A DNA stretch of 62,834 bases, the filler included, from Perkinsus olseni (Eukaryota), in the NCBI GenBank assembly GCA_013115125.1. It is 16 parts of 16 records of this genome, joined end to end, with 100 filler letters (N's around TTAATTAATTAA, not from the genome) between each part and the next. Parts side by side here need not be neighbours in the genome. Positions count along the whole stretch, not along the records: positions 51,286 to 55,071 come from JABANN010001351.1; positions 55,172 to 58,956 come from JABANN010001352.1; positions 59,057 to 62,834 come from JABANN010001353.1; 13 more parts are not named here. One strand, 5' to 3'. A program made the position numbers and the translations under genes. Shown piece by piece: positions 51,365 to 62,834 of the stretch (the stretch's first letter is position 1; every line of letters begins with the position of its first letter). The notes beneath the pieces were generated by a model that saw nothing but the letters and a program-made list of their open reading frames with translations, did not search any database and was not told the origin of the DNA.

Positions 51365-52150
51365 TTGAGGGATATACCAGAAGCTAGGCCAGGGTCATTG
51401 AAGATACCAATGGATAGATTCAGGCTAGCTAATCAACTCGACTTCGCCACTAGTGGTGCTGTTGTACTAACACTCAATAAGACAGCTGATCGAGAGACCA
51501 GCGCCTTGTTCCAAGTAATAGTAACAGAAACAGCAGCAGCAGCAGCAGACACTGGGAGAGTACACTGTTGTCAGTTCCGACTGATTAAGAAGCTTTACAT
51601 AGCTGTATGTGAAGGGTGGGTCGATGACGATGAGCTGATGAGGCCAAGAGTGATATCAGAGAGGATAGCAGCAGTAGAGGGAGAGTTCAGGTAGTAGATG
51701 ATGGTGAGCATCAGTCACCATCATCAACCACCACATAGGATGAAGATATCATCGGAAGGTCGGGCAAGCAAGACGGTAGCAGTACCTGTGTCAACAGGGC
51801 ACTGTGGTGCTGTGAAGTGTACGGTATATGTTCTACGATTAATGACTGGACGAAGGCATCAATTAAGGCTACATCTCGCACATGTTGGTCATCCAATATT
51901 AGGTGACTATACCTACTCTACTCACTTACCTAATGGTAATAACAACAACACTATTGCATCTGGTGAAGATGTGGTATTAGGTGGACGAGGGCCCTCTCTA
52001 CCCAGGATGCTACTGCATGCATGGCGACTCACGCTACCATTTGGGGACTTACTCAACTGTGGGGGCAAGTTACGGAAACGAGGCCAACTACGTCATGTTA
52101 AGGAAGGCATCACAATCAACGTCGAATCCGAACCGACCTTATTACGGTGA
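51365..52150 (+). CDS. RluA-family RNA pseudouridine synthase (RPUSD1-like), multi-exon partial
   Basis: ANQLDFATSG (catalytic Asp), KLYIAVCEG, TGRRHQLRLHLAHVGHPILGDYTY, RMLLHAWRLTLP. Confidence 0.88.
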
Positions 52151-52194
52151 CAAGAACACGAACAGGCTCATGTAGCTCATCGTATTACTGCAGG

Positions 52195-53950
52195 TACATC
52201 AGTCCTGCAGTGGACAAGGCACTGTTGGAGGAGGCTGCTGAGCTAGCTATGGGGGCTGCTGTTGATGTACCCCCTCCATCATCCGAGCCCTCGAGTCCAG
52301 ATATGGGCAAGAAGAAGGCTAGAAGGCGTACCGTAGAATGCAAAAGCACACCTAGTGACCACCTTCGTGAAGACCATAACAGTTCCTCAGTTTCCTATAA
52401 ATGTATTCGTTGAATTATTCCAAGTTGTTGAGGGACAGTCGAAAGGGATGCCAACGACAGTACCCGCTACTACAACCGCCAACCCATCATCGCTCGCCCC
52501 GCGGTACAAGACGGGAATTCCGTACCTCAGCGCATCGCTGGTGCTCGACAATAGTATTCCCCTTTTCCGCCACTTCCTCACGATGGTAAGGCTGATGATG
52601 ACGTCGTCCATGGTGATGGTCATCATCATCAGCGTTACAGCCCGATCAAGTATTGAGCCTAAGGTGGGACCAACACCTCAACCTAGTTCATGATGTTGTC
52701 GTATGTTGTTTAGCCCTCGAGTAAAGTACTATCATCTTCATCGGGCCGTGATAGATGCTCATTGGGAGTTGAGGTTGAACATCTTCCTGTGCCCAAGTAC
52801 ATCAAGGTTGGTGCCTCGATGATGACCGGTGGTGGTGGGGAGGAGGAGACCATGAGAGGAGGCTAGACTATATAACTATTAGAGATAAAACTTCGGTGGA
52901 TCACTACATCAGTGCGGGGCTGCCTCGGATCAGTCGTAGACGTGCCATCGAGGAAGGAAAGCAGCAGCAGCAGCACCATCATGATGAGTGCAGGAACTAT
53001 ATCATAGCCTCTGCAATAAGTCTAGCGATGGAGGATGATGATGATGATGACTTGAGCAGTATCCTCACATCGTCAACAGGATATGCCGGTTGTTCAACTT
53101 CCATAGACAGTTGGGCCGTGATGAAGCTGTACAACGCATCAATGGATAAGTCTAGAGAGATCGACGATCAGAATCATGTCTGCCAGTACGATCTTCAGTA
53201 TGTTGCCGCCACAGACACAGTAATCAGCAGCAGCAGCATCATCACCGGAAGAAGCAGCGGTCATGATTGATGATGATGATGCTTTAGGAAGAAGTGCAAG
53301 TCGAGATATACCTCGAGGATGGTGTGCATCGACTGGCACATCTTCATTATAGCAACGACTCCACAGCTGCTGCTGGGGAGTATGAAAAGGGCTCGCTACA
53401 TCCATCAGTGGTGGTTATGTCTTTCAGGCCGCTGTCGTCGCCACACTTGGCAACAGTAAAGATGGATGAGGTGGACTATCTACTTCAGAGGGTTAGCTCA
53501 GTGCGTCCTTCATCAGATGAGGATAATGATCGGATAACATGTCTAAGACAAGGTGTAAACTATGGAAGGAAAGTGCAGGAGAGGCACCCTAACCTTCATG
53601 CCATCTTGAATCTACCCTCAATACACGCTGATGATCACCTTGCCAACTCGGTCTCGATGAGAGATGCTGTGGAGATCGTAGCCAAAGTCATCCACTATGG
53701 GATTACGGGTAGGGCCTACCCTATGCAAGCTGGAGTGGGGACCAGTATCGGAAGAGTTTTGAGGAGGCGAAGATGATTCGACCTGTGTTCATGATGGTGT
53801 TGTTCTTGCTGTTGTTGTTGTATCCCGTTTTTGTGTTCGCTACAGTCCTCAGAAGGTTCAAGTTCCCTAACCATAAGCATTCGCTGCTGACTTCCTTCAC
53901 GCCCGCGAATCGGGCGTACCTCGAGCTAAGGGGAGGTGGCAGCTCTCAAA
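52195..53950 (+). CDS. Hypothetical exons downstream of the pseudouridine synthase (C-terminal extension or next gene)
   Basis: Chain of plus-strand ORFs (52147, 52355, 52896, 53294) separated by short low-complexity introns; no recognised domain. Confidence 0.3.
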
Positions 53951-55002
53951 GCCGCTTCCATCTTACCTACTGCCCGCCGCCGCCGAGAACGCTGAAAGTG
54001 ATTTTTTTGGTCTACGTATTGGCCACTTTTTTGCGGCTCTGCATGCTCTTCCCCCTTCAGTTCACACCCCGCGCAGTATCCTGCTGCGACTGCCTGGGTC
54101 CACGTAGAGGGTCTCTTGCCGGGAAGCGTTGAACAAGTAACAGATTGTGTAGAAGCACAGCGTCATCGTCATCAGGCTTGAAACTCTGTGTGTTGGCGTC
54201 GTGGGAGGGGCAGACGACCTCTCTGCTGAATTCAAATGATAGCTTGTAGCTATGGATATGGCTTCGGTGGACGTCCGTGTGTCTGGTCACGATAAAGGGT
54301 GTTGGATCGAGGTGTTGGTGATTTCGAGAGGATGCCTCTCGCTGAGAAGTGAGAGCTTGCCTACGAACCTTCCGGATCATGAGCCCAGTAACATGAAAAG
54401 TTCAAACTCATGAAAATTTTGTGTATCCCCGTGAAGAGTGTCAGGAATTAGAGCTCGAATGGAGCGACCACAAAGGAACAGGGAGGCCGGCCGAGTTGAC
54501 GTTCCTGAGTTCCTCCATCTTGTATCAGTTCATTCAAAGTGTCCCAAATGACCTATTTTATTCGCCATTGTACTCAGTCCGCCAATATCAGCTTTGTTAC
54601 ACCGACGAGCTGTCTCCCATTTTTATGATGCAGCAGCTTGCATAGGTTTGGTTCAACGTGGAGCTTGACTTCGTCGGGAATGTTGAATTGGTTTTATTAA
54701 GTATGGATTGGTGAATGCTAGGGTTCGCGCGATCTCAAGCCTCGTCATTCTACGCAGTCAGACTGAGTGAGTCCTATGCGCTGCAGTGAGACTTGGCCAC
54801 CGGAAGAAGCATCCAAGAGTGGTGGAGGAGCAGATGCCTCTGCTGATGTGGCTGACGTCGACAACACCTCAGGACTCTTGGGAAGGAGGCTCGTGCAGGG
54901 CATGTCCCCCATCATTACCTGGATATCCTTTTTATTTCTCGGGAAGCGATGGCCGTATATCCTCGCATCGAGAGCGAGGCTAGTATTAATTCGATCAGTT
55001 CG

Positions 55003-55071
<69 letters not shown>

Positions 55072-55870
55072 NNNNNNNNNNNNNNNNNNNNNNNNNNNNN
55101 NNNNNNNNNNNNNNNTTAATTAATTAANNNNNNNNNNNNNNNNNNNNNNNNNNNNNNNNNNNNNNNNNNNNTATATCGACGTTTCATGCCGTAGTACACC
55201 ATGATCATATCCTCGTGCTCAACTACGTTGACACATTCATGTAGCCTGAAGTATTGTGTTTCCAGTGATGATTGTCTTTCCAGTGGACGGGATGTTCATC
55301 CACTCTTTCCACTTGGCAGTGCTGTCACAGTGCCTAGCGTGTGGAGATGTTACTCAGAACTTGCATGTGTTCGTAGTTCGGCGGGACTATTTGCTTGACA
55401 TCAGCTTGAAGAGATAACCAACCTATATCTCCACGACAAGCCGCAACCTCGACCTCGCATGACGGCTAGCGGGAAGCGACAATCGAGATTTCGGGTAGAC
55501 CCTCGCCTCGATCGGGATTAGGAACTTTCCAGGGTGGGCGGAGCCGCCTCGAAAGCGCCCTTCGGATAGATTTGGATTTCTGCTGAATCGATGGTTAAAC
55601 AAATCTGTCGGAGTCCAAGACGGAGGAAACTTTGCCCTTACAAGCTGAGCACATGCAGACCGTTATGTGCATGAGTCACTAACGTTGGATCGATGGAAGA
55701 GCTTGAGTCTGGAATCTCGCTAGCATCATCAATGAGCAATGATGCCGCGTGCTATAAGACTGATAACTCAAGGCGTCACTCATGAGCGGCTGTAATACGG
55801 CTGCCGGCTTATCACGGTTAGCGGTTATAACGATAGCGGCAAACTACTAAAAACCCGTAGTGGAGAATCG

Positions 55871-56257
55871 CTAAAAAGATGTAAATGTTTTACCAAGTAT
55901 GTCTGAAAAGACGATCGGTGAAGTAGTCTCCAAGGCATACAGAATATCGGGAGTGGCGAACTTCAGCGTCTTGAAGTCTTCCTCGAAATCATAGGAGTCT
56001 TCCTCGAAATCATAGGAGTCTTCCTCGAAATCATAGGAGTCCTTCCAGAGAGGACAGACTCGTTCGAGAGTGTCACCAAGCTCCTTTATCGTATCCCTAC
56101 GGCCGGGGTAGGTTGCCGGCTCGTAGTGGTTTCCCTTTTTAACAAGACGGATCAGCTTGTTGCCAGTGGCCATTAATAGTATTGAGATCTCATCAAGTAG
56201 AGTTAACGTGCCGTCCCGCTGAGACAATCTCAAGATAACCGTAAGACGGTAAGACAT
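55871..56257 (-). CDS. Truncated paralogue of 56550-57404 with an internal 3x21-bp repeat (55975-56037)
   Basis: ERVCPLWKDSYDFEE(x3)DFKTLKFATPDILYA versus NRACYVWRDSFDFAEDFKMVRFATPDIMFA. Confidence 0.55.
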   Translation of the reverse strand: MSYRLTVILRLSQRDGTLTLLDEISILLMATGNKLIRLVKKGNHYEPATYPGRRDTIKELGDTLERVCPLWKDSYDFEEDSYDFEEDSYDFEEDFKTLKFATPDILYALETTSPIVFSDILGKTFTSF

Positions 56258-56549
56258 GGAGTCCCTAGAATTAACTGGTAACTCAATACCAAATGACTAA
56301 CTAGTAACCAATTCTACGCGGGGAAGCCCGTCTAAAAGCAGCCGACTCTTCATGGTTGGCGATTAAGGCGCCGTTGACAATTAAAAAACCCAGGATAAAA
56401 AGCGTTAAGGAGTTGAACGTCCCGAAATCTGCAGAAACGTGTCCACCAGACACGGGCTGTTACCGGAGTAGGTGAACCGCGTATGTGAGGCTGAGCGAAA
56501 GAAATACTCGGTAACGTTCGATGACGGTAGTTCTTCCTCACCGGAAATA

Positions 56550-57404
56550 TTAAACGGTTTGAAAAGGGTGTCTATAAAGACGATCGAATGTGTACATTCC
56601 AAAGGCAAACATAATATCAGGTGTAGCAAACCTCACCATTTTGAAATCTTCAGCGAAATCAAAGGAGTCGCGCCAGACATAGCAAGCCCGATTGAAACTG
56701 TCGAACAGGTCGCGTACTCTGTCACGGCTTGTTGTAGGGGTCAGCGAGTAGGGCTTACCAGGACCCTCCCTCACAAGCTGATAGGACTTCCATTCAGTCT
56801 CTCCTGCAGGGTATCCGTCTACTGCTTTGCAGCCAAGCTTCACATGAACGAATCCACCCTCTTGAACGTCGTAAAGCATTCTGAAGTGTGATGTCGAGGA
56901 ATTGGACAGGTATCTCCCGGGATTCAACGCGAGCCACTGCCGCCTGAGCACAATATTGTTGCCGCTGAACTCAACCTCCACGTTTCCGCTCTCGCCGACA
57001 GAGAAGGATTCGAAATCCCAGTCGCCGAGAGTGACTTGGGGGCATTTCTTTCGAATCTCTTCCAGCCAACGGGTACGTCGGCTGGCTTCAGGACCAGAGA
57101 ACTCATGAAGAATTTCGTCGTGGGGATCATCAGTCTCGTTCTCTCTCCGGAGTGAGAACCAGCCATCTCGGAATGAACTTCCACCACAGTCTATCTCGAA
57201 CATACCTCTACCCTCTTTCGTGACGTTGAAGATCATCGTTACGGGAGGGCCTTTCTTAGACCCATAGACGAAGTCTCCGTAGTCTGTTCGCGGTATAGCG
57301 GGAGGAAGAGGCTTCTTCCCATGTGACGGATTTTTGCGTGTGCCTCCGCCGCCATGTGCCAGGGAGGCCAAAAACGAGAGGGCCACGATGACTCGGAAAG
57401 ACAT
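56550..57404 (-). CDS. Lineage-specific secreted protein
   Basis: ATG 57404 MSFRVIVALSFLASLAHG signal peptide; intronless 284-aa ORF; adjacent paralogue. Confidence 0.65.
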   Translation of the reverse strand: MSFRVIVALSFLASLAHGGGGTRKNPSHGKKPLPPAIPRTDYGDFVYGSKKGPPVTMIFNVTKEGRGMFEIDCGGSSFRDGWFSLRRENETDDPHDEILHEFSGPEASRRTRWLEEIRKKCPQVTLGDWDFESFSVGESGNVEVEFSGNNIVLRRQWLALNPGRYLSNSSTSHFRMLYDVQEGGFVHVKLGCKAVDGYPAGETEWKSYQLVREGPGKPYSLTPTTSRDRVRDLFDSFNRACYVWRDSFDFAEDFKMVRFATPDIMFAFGMYTFDRLYRHPFQTV

Positions 57405-58320
57405 GTTGAGAGGATAGGAACCTACATGCAGGGGGGGTTGCGACCGAGGCGAAGAGTCCATCAGGAATGCTGTGAGCAGTTCCAGCGGCCATTCGGCTTC
57501 CGTCCGACCTACACGAGGGTTATGCTGGTTCGATTTAAAGAGCGAAGTGCCCCTGGTGACGCCGAAAGCATTCGGCGTCACGCCTGTGGGCCGTCGGAAG
57601 CTGTCTCCTGATCATCTGAGGTCATGGCGTTACGAGAAAACATTGTGACGATAGGATGGCCGTGTAACAACAGCGTGTAACAACCCGAACTCCCAAGGGG
57701 CCGTTCCGCGTCTCTCTGGATCGTCCACGTGTGTTTTGGCGTTACGTTTCCAGGGATGGACACGTGACGTCCACAATTAAGGAGCATCTCGACAGCACAG
57801 TGACGTGAGAGCTCGCTCCCGCTCAGGTTCTGTGTTTTTGGTGGTTGGTATTTGGTTGGACCCCTCAGTCTGCTATGCTAGTGATGTGCTCTGTGTCTGC
57901 TCGACCACAACTTCTCATCAATTCAGGTGAACTTCCCGAGCCGAAAGACATACCGAAGTCTCATGCCGTAGTGCACAATGATCATATCCTCACGTGCTCA
58001 AATACGTTGACACTTCGTTCACGAGTGCCTGTCCAGTGGACGGGGTATCCCGTCCGATCGGTTGGCGAAGTCGAGAAGACCGGTAGACACCCTGACCTCC
58101 AAATGCGCGTGTTTCGTAGCGACTGCATGAAATACGCCGCGCTGAAGATGTTACAAACGTATCAATGTGAAACGAGTCGCCGCGGTAGCACCATTTACTC
58201 GGTTGGCCAAGAACCAGTTCTTGAGGTACCATCTCCTTTATCAGATTCAGAAAGTAGGTAGGGACCGAAATGCATCGATCGAGGTTCGAAGTTGACTCTC
58301 ACCTCGATTAGAACAGAGGA

Positions 58321-58391
58321 TTGCCTAGAGCCTCTAGGCAACCGGTTGCCTTACCGGTTGCGTTCTAGAGAGGGTTAACCCTCTCTAGAAC
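58321..58391. repeat. Cluster of overlapping palindromes between divergent genes
   Basis: ttgcctagag-c-ctctaggcaa (58321-58341), aggcaaccggttgcct, and the 30-bp gttctagagagggttaaccctctctagaac (58362-58391). Confidence 0.9.
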
Positions 58392-58799
58392 CCTCTCTTG
58401 CCTTACCGTTGTGAAGACGATGCCCTGAAAATATCTTGAAAAACAGTTGTTGCTTACAGGCGATGCCGCGCCGGAGAAGCGGTGGCAGTACGGCTAGAGG
58501 GGACTCTACACATAATGGCAGTTGCCTTCAGAGCACGACGATCAGTTGAGGGGCCACCGGACACTCCGAAGAGGTTGGACAAGAAACACAAAATTTGTAG
58601 TGCGTTTGCCAAGCTCGCCAACGCACTATAAATGGTATCTGGTGAAACGCTCGAGCAAGTATCCGCCAGTAGTGAGGTGGATAATTTAAGCAGTCACCAA
58701 CTTTCGGTATTGCCGATTTGACCAATGGTTGGATGGGTTGGTGCTGACATCTTTATTGACACCCTGTTTTGTGGCAGATCCATTCCTCATCTTCTTCGG

Positions 58800-58956
58800 A
58801 TGTCATTCTTCGTCCTCTTCGTTGCTATCAGTGTCCTCCAGGGCATCACATACGTAACGGGCTCTACCACTGAGTGCGACGCTGACTGTGCTGCCACTTA
58901 TCCCGGGTCATATTGTAAATACTGGAAGACGCCCAGCACTTGCTTTGGCTCGGATG
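58800..58956 (+). CDS. Secreted protein with the same 6-Cys repeat as 48881; 3' truncated by gap
   Basis: MSFFVLFVAISVLQGITYVTGSTTECDADCAATYPGSYCKYWKTPSTCFGSD. Confidence 0.75.
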
Positions 58957-61900
58957 NNNNNNNNNNNNNNNNNNNNNNNNNNNNNNNNNNNNNNNNNNNN
59001 TTAATTAATTAANNNNNNNNNNNNNNNNNNNNNNNNNNNNNNNNNNNNNNNNNNNNTGACCTTGTGGATGATAGTGATATCTCTATGGGTACTGTATTGT
59101 GGCTCCTAACGGGCAAAGTATTCCCCTTCATTCCGGATAACATCGATCACCACTTATTCCCATACTCTACTCTTCATTACAACGGTGCCCACCGAGACCC
59201 AAAGGATTGGCGGCTACGTTTTGGAGCTTTCGCAGACTTATCCGTCGAGCTCAAGAAAGGTATTCGTCAAAGTCAAGATAGAGGACGTCCAGAATGGCTC
59301 AAGCTGTATTACTACTAAGGGCGTCCATCCTCATTGCTATTCACTGATGTATGATGTTCTCGATTGACGATGTTACTCCAAGCCGTGTTACTATCGTGTT
59401 CCCGAGTTGGCGTCTGGGGAAACCGCTTGCTTGAGTCCGCTGCAGCCGTAGCAACTTTCGTTGCGTGACCTAGTGAGGCAGTCTTGGACGCCCATGGATT
59501 TTGGCTCTCCCATGTCTATATCCCATATCATCATCATGCACTGTAGTTGTCTAAGTGCGCAGCCACGGAACCTCAGCTTAGCTTGAACCCAGTGAATGAC
59601 TTCATCAGTTGAAGAATGAATTTCAGGTTTCCATCAGCATTCACCGTCCGTGATGATCGAGCATCGCGAACCATGATTCACGAGTATCTCTACGACCTCG
59701 AGGGCAGCTCATAATAGTTTGCAGATTATATCAGTCTGATGTAGTCTGTGATATTGGAACGGCCAAGCGGTACTACTAGGCCGTTCGAGAATCGCCGCAC
59801 CATTTTGTCTGCATATTCCCGCCTGAACGCTTGGCGGGATGTACATAGCGAGGAGCTGGAGTAGCGGACAACGGTTCGAACTTCGAATTGGTCGAGAACA
59901 AACCGCCTTGAGGTCGTCTCCTGGTCAAGGCATCGAAGGGGCCCCTAACTCGAGGATGAGGGCGTAACGATGGGAAGAGTCACTAGAGCATCTTGTATCT
60001 TGTTCGAAGCCGCCCAGGCGAGCAGCAATCCAGATGTACGAGGCGAGATAGTTGGTGGGTCTTGAGGGTCGTTCGGGTCGCTCCCGGCCCCTACACAAAC
60101 TTTTCAGCATATGCTACTGTCTCATACTCAATGCGTCAGAACCACTGCGTTCTCCACTGTGAGTATCTCTCCCGCAGGTAGCCAAGCGTGTAACGATGTG
60201 GCCGGTGGTTCGTGGTTGCTGAAAAAACGAGAAGACATCTCAACCGAGAGGAATGCCATTGATCTATGTGAGTGCTTTGGTACCGAAGTTGCCGCCGATC
60301 GCCCCAACCCGTAGGTACCGGACCGAAGGGATCCGAGCACACTGAGGTGGAGTGCCAAGTCTGGGATAGCGGTCCTGTCGACAAGCTCGATGCCGTTCGA
60401 GACTACTACTGTCAGTTCGACGACATCTGGATCGAGACCTAGCCGGATGACTCTCCTTCCTCCAGGCACCGCTTCGCGGCTCACGGCGAGTAAGGAAGAT
60501 ATGACCGGCGGGCGTCTGAAGTTGCGAGGGCACTGCCAAATGGCTCGAAAAGTAACGAATTGTGGGGTTCCTGGCCACCCTGTCGCGTGGTGGCTGTCCC
60601 ATCTGCTTCGGTCAGGGACTGCGATTCGACACTTATACCGACAGTCTCAATGAGGAGATCGCTAGTCTAGGTGAGTCACAGCCTTCCGCCTTCCTCATCA
60701 CCTTGGCCGTATCCAGCACGCGAAAGGGTCGAATTGCTCCCTCAGATACTACCGAGCAAGTGTATTCAGAAGACCAGTAAGGGGCATTGTCGTCGCTTCA
60801 GGATGGAGGCGACGGTGAGTTTTTGGTCAGATGCAGCTCAGTACTTGGCTCGGATAAACCTGTTATCATCTTCCGCCCGGCTTTCGACAACCATAAGAAC
60901 GCCTGGTACTCATCCCCTCCCCAGTTGAATCGCCGAGACCCCCGCATTCTCAAGGTACGTCCACTTAGATGCTCTCTCAATCTACATCACCATCGCCCTC
61001 AGCGGCAGGAGATCAGACCAGGTGAAGCCACGGGCGGATTCCAATAAAAATAGATCGGATCATAGATCATCGCGAGCAGCACCAGTTGTTCAACGTTCAG
61101 GTTCAACTGCTGATCAACTCGAGATCCGACTTGATCGAGGATGCCATCTTTCGAGTGGCCCACCTCTACCAGCTCGTTGCACCGGATATTATATACCCGG
61201 ATGGCATCATCACCTCACAGACCTCTACGATTTGTTTTCGACAGGTCAGCCGCAACGCTACACCTCATTGTGAGACCTCCTAGCAGGTCATCTTCCCCGT
61301 CCCAGTGGGGCAGCTGTTCCTCAACACGATGAAGCCTCGCGGGCCGAGCAGTGCTATCATCGACTACGGACGGCGTCTCATGGAACAGTCCAGATTGCAA
61401 TCATCATTCCTCAAGAAAACCGTAGCTCTCCCTAATCTCCCCAGGTGCACCTGGAGAAGCGAACGCTTCATTCACTTCGCTCTCAGGTCGGGCGGATCGT
61501 GACTTCAGGATAACCCTCATACAACGGTATCCTTCGTTCAGCAGGCGCATCGCCAATCCTGACGAGGTCCTTCAAAGGGGGCTTCTCTTCAGGTGGGCTG
61601 CTCTAGCGCCATCGGTTAGCAGATCACGCGGATCAGGTCCAGTGGTGTATCAGTTCGTCGCGTCCCTTTCGCGACGATGACAATAAAAGATCAGATGGAA
61701 GCAGCAGCATCGACCGATCTCCTCATCGGTAGGACAGTCATCAACCCCGCTAAGACAGTCCCGATGCACTGCAGGGCCTCACGGTGGAGCACTCTTCTGG
61801 ATGATAGCTCAGCCAGTCTGTGGCCAAGTGATCGAGTTGGGAGCGCAGGGACAGTTTGCCTTACAATATGCCTACTTGTCTGGTGAGCGTTCTCTGGGTG

Positions 61901-62834
61901 CTTCTCGCTCAAGGAGCCCTCAGCTCGCGAGGCAGCATGCGTGCTTGCCTTGCTTAGTCGTCTTTGGGACTACATCCTCCATTATGATTTGGTAGGTTGG
62001 TCCGAGCGGCAGTACGCGATGCTCCCCGACCTAGTCGGCTACGACGACCCGTTATTTGAAGTGCCCGTACAACAGCTCCTCCCCATAGTCATGAACATGT
62101 AAAGCATCTGTTGTCTTACTTGACTCAAGAGGACAGCTTGGAGCGCCCGAAACTATGAACTTCGCACCAGTTCAATATGTCCGCACGTTTCTGCCGTAGC
62201 CTGTCGATTAGTCTGGCCCTCTTGGGCGGTCGAGATGCCGTCTGATAAGGTTTCGACAGCACCTTTAATATGCCGTGTAAGGTACAAGGGGTGGAAGGTG
62301 TGTATGAGCCGCCAGCATGGAGGTCACTGAGCATGTGTTGTAATCCTGTTCTCCAAGGAGTCTGTTTGTTGCGTAATAGTAATTTCAGCTAGCCTTCGAG
62401 CTGCTGGAGAGATGCTCTCCGTAAGTGATGACGCAACATCGCTGGTCTCGGTGATACCAATGCTATCAAACGACGTTCAAGAAGGGTAAAGCTCTCGGAT
62501 AGAGACAGACCACGAGACTACTCGCACGAGCGGAAGGTTAATACGTAGGCGACTACAAAGACATGCGTACACCATCGCAGTCATGCACCGAGGCCGTGCT
62601 GTCGTTGTGGAGTTGAGGTAACGAGCCGATTATGGAGCGGTAACACAAAACAGGGGACGAGCAAGGTTAGGTAACGACTCCGGCTCGAACTGTACCTCCA
62701 AGCACACGTGCTTTCCAAGAAAAGGACGGCATTGGCCAGGGAAAAAAGAATCATCTGATGATTGACCGGTCAATTTATTGGGCGAGTTTAAAGCGAGGCG
62801 CGCGCGATCGCGATTGGGAGGGAACATATGGGGA

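Noticed and set aside
3909-59056. Regularly spaced TTAATTAATTAA motifs about every 3.9 kb
   Set aside because: Artificial linker flanked by Ns; adjacency across linkers has no biological meaning.
59900-62000. Possible decayed non-LTR retroelement
   Set aside because: Only short ORFs in mixed frames, with no convincing RT or endonuclease motif.

Overview
This is not a continuous locus. It is 16 unrelated short contigs (about 3.9 down to 3.8 kb, in descending length) joined by an artificial 100-nt linker (N44-TTAATTAATTAA-N44). The DNA is eukaryotic, with about 45-70 nt GT-AG introns, a U6 snRNA and many lineage-specific secreted proteins; a Perkinsus-like alveolate is my inference. Recognisable content: the 3' end of GDP-L-fucose synthase, a non-catalytic GH18-like gene, a broken aspartic protease, a WDR44-like WD40 gene, a DDB1-like 3' end, a BEL/Pao gag-pol, U6 snRNA, two tandem ALMT/FUSC transporters, a tyrosine-recombinase (DIRS-order) retrotransposon, a Cys-repeat mucin and an RluA-family pseudouridine synthase. 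The three most notable observations are: (1) the retrotransposon RT appears split by a 63-nt spliceosomal intron containing an in-frame stop; (2) U6 lacks a -30 TATA but is preceded by three divergently oriented tRNA-like B-box modules about 72 bp apart; (3) perfect palindromes with a single-nucleotide centre (arms up to 34 bp, unrelated sequences) recur in intergenic DNA on many contigs.
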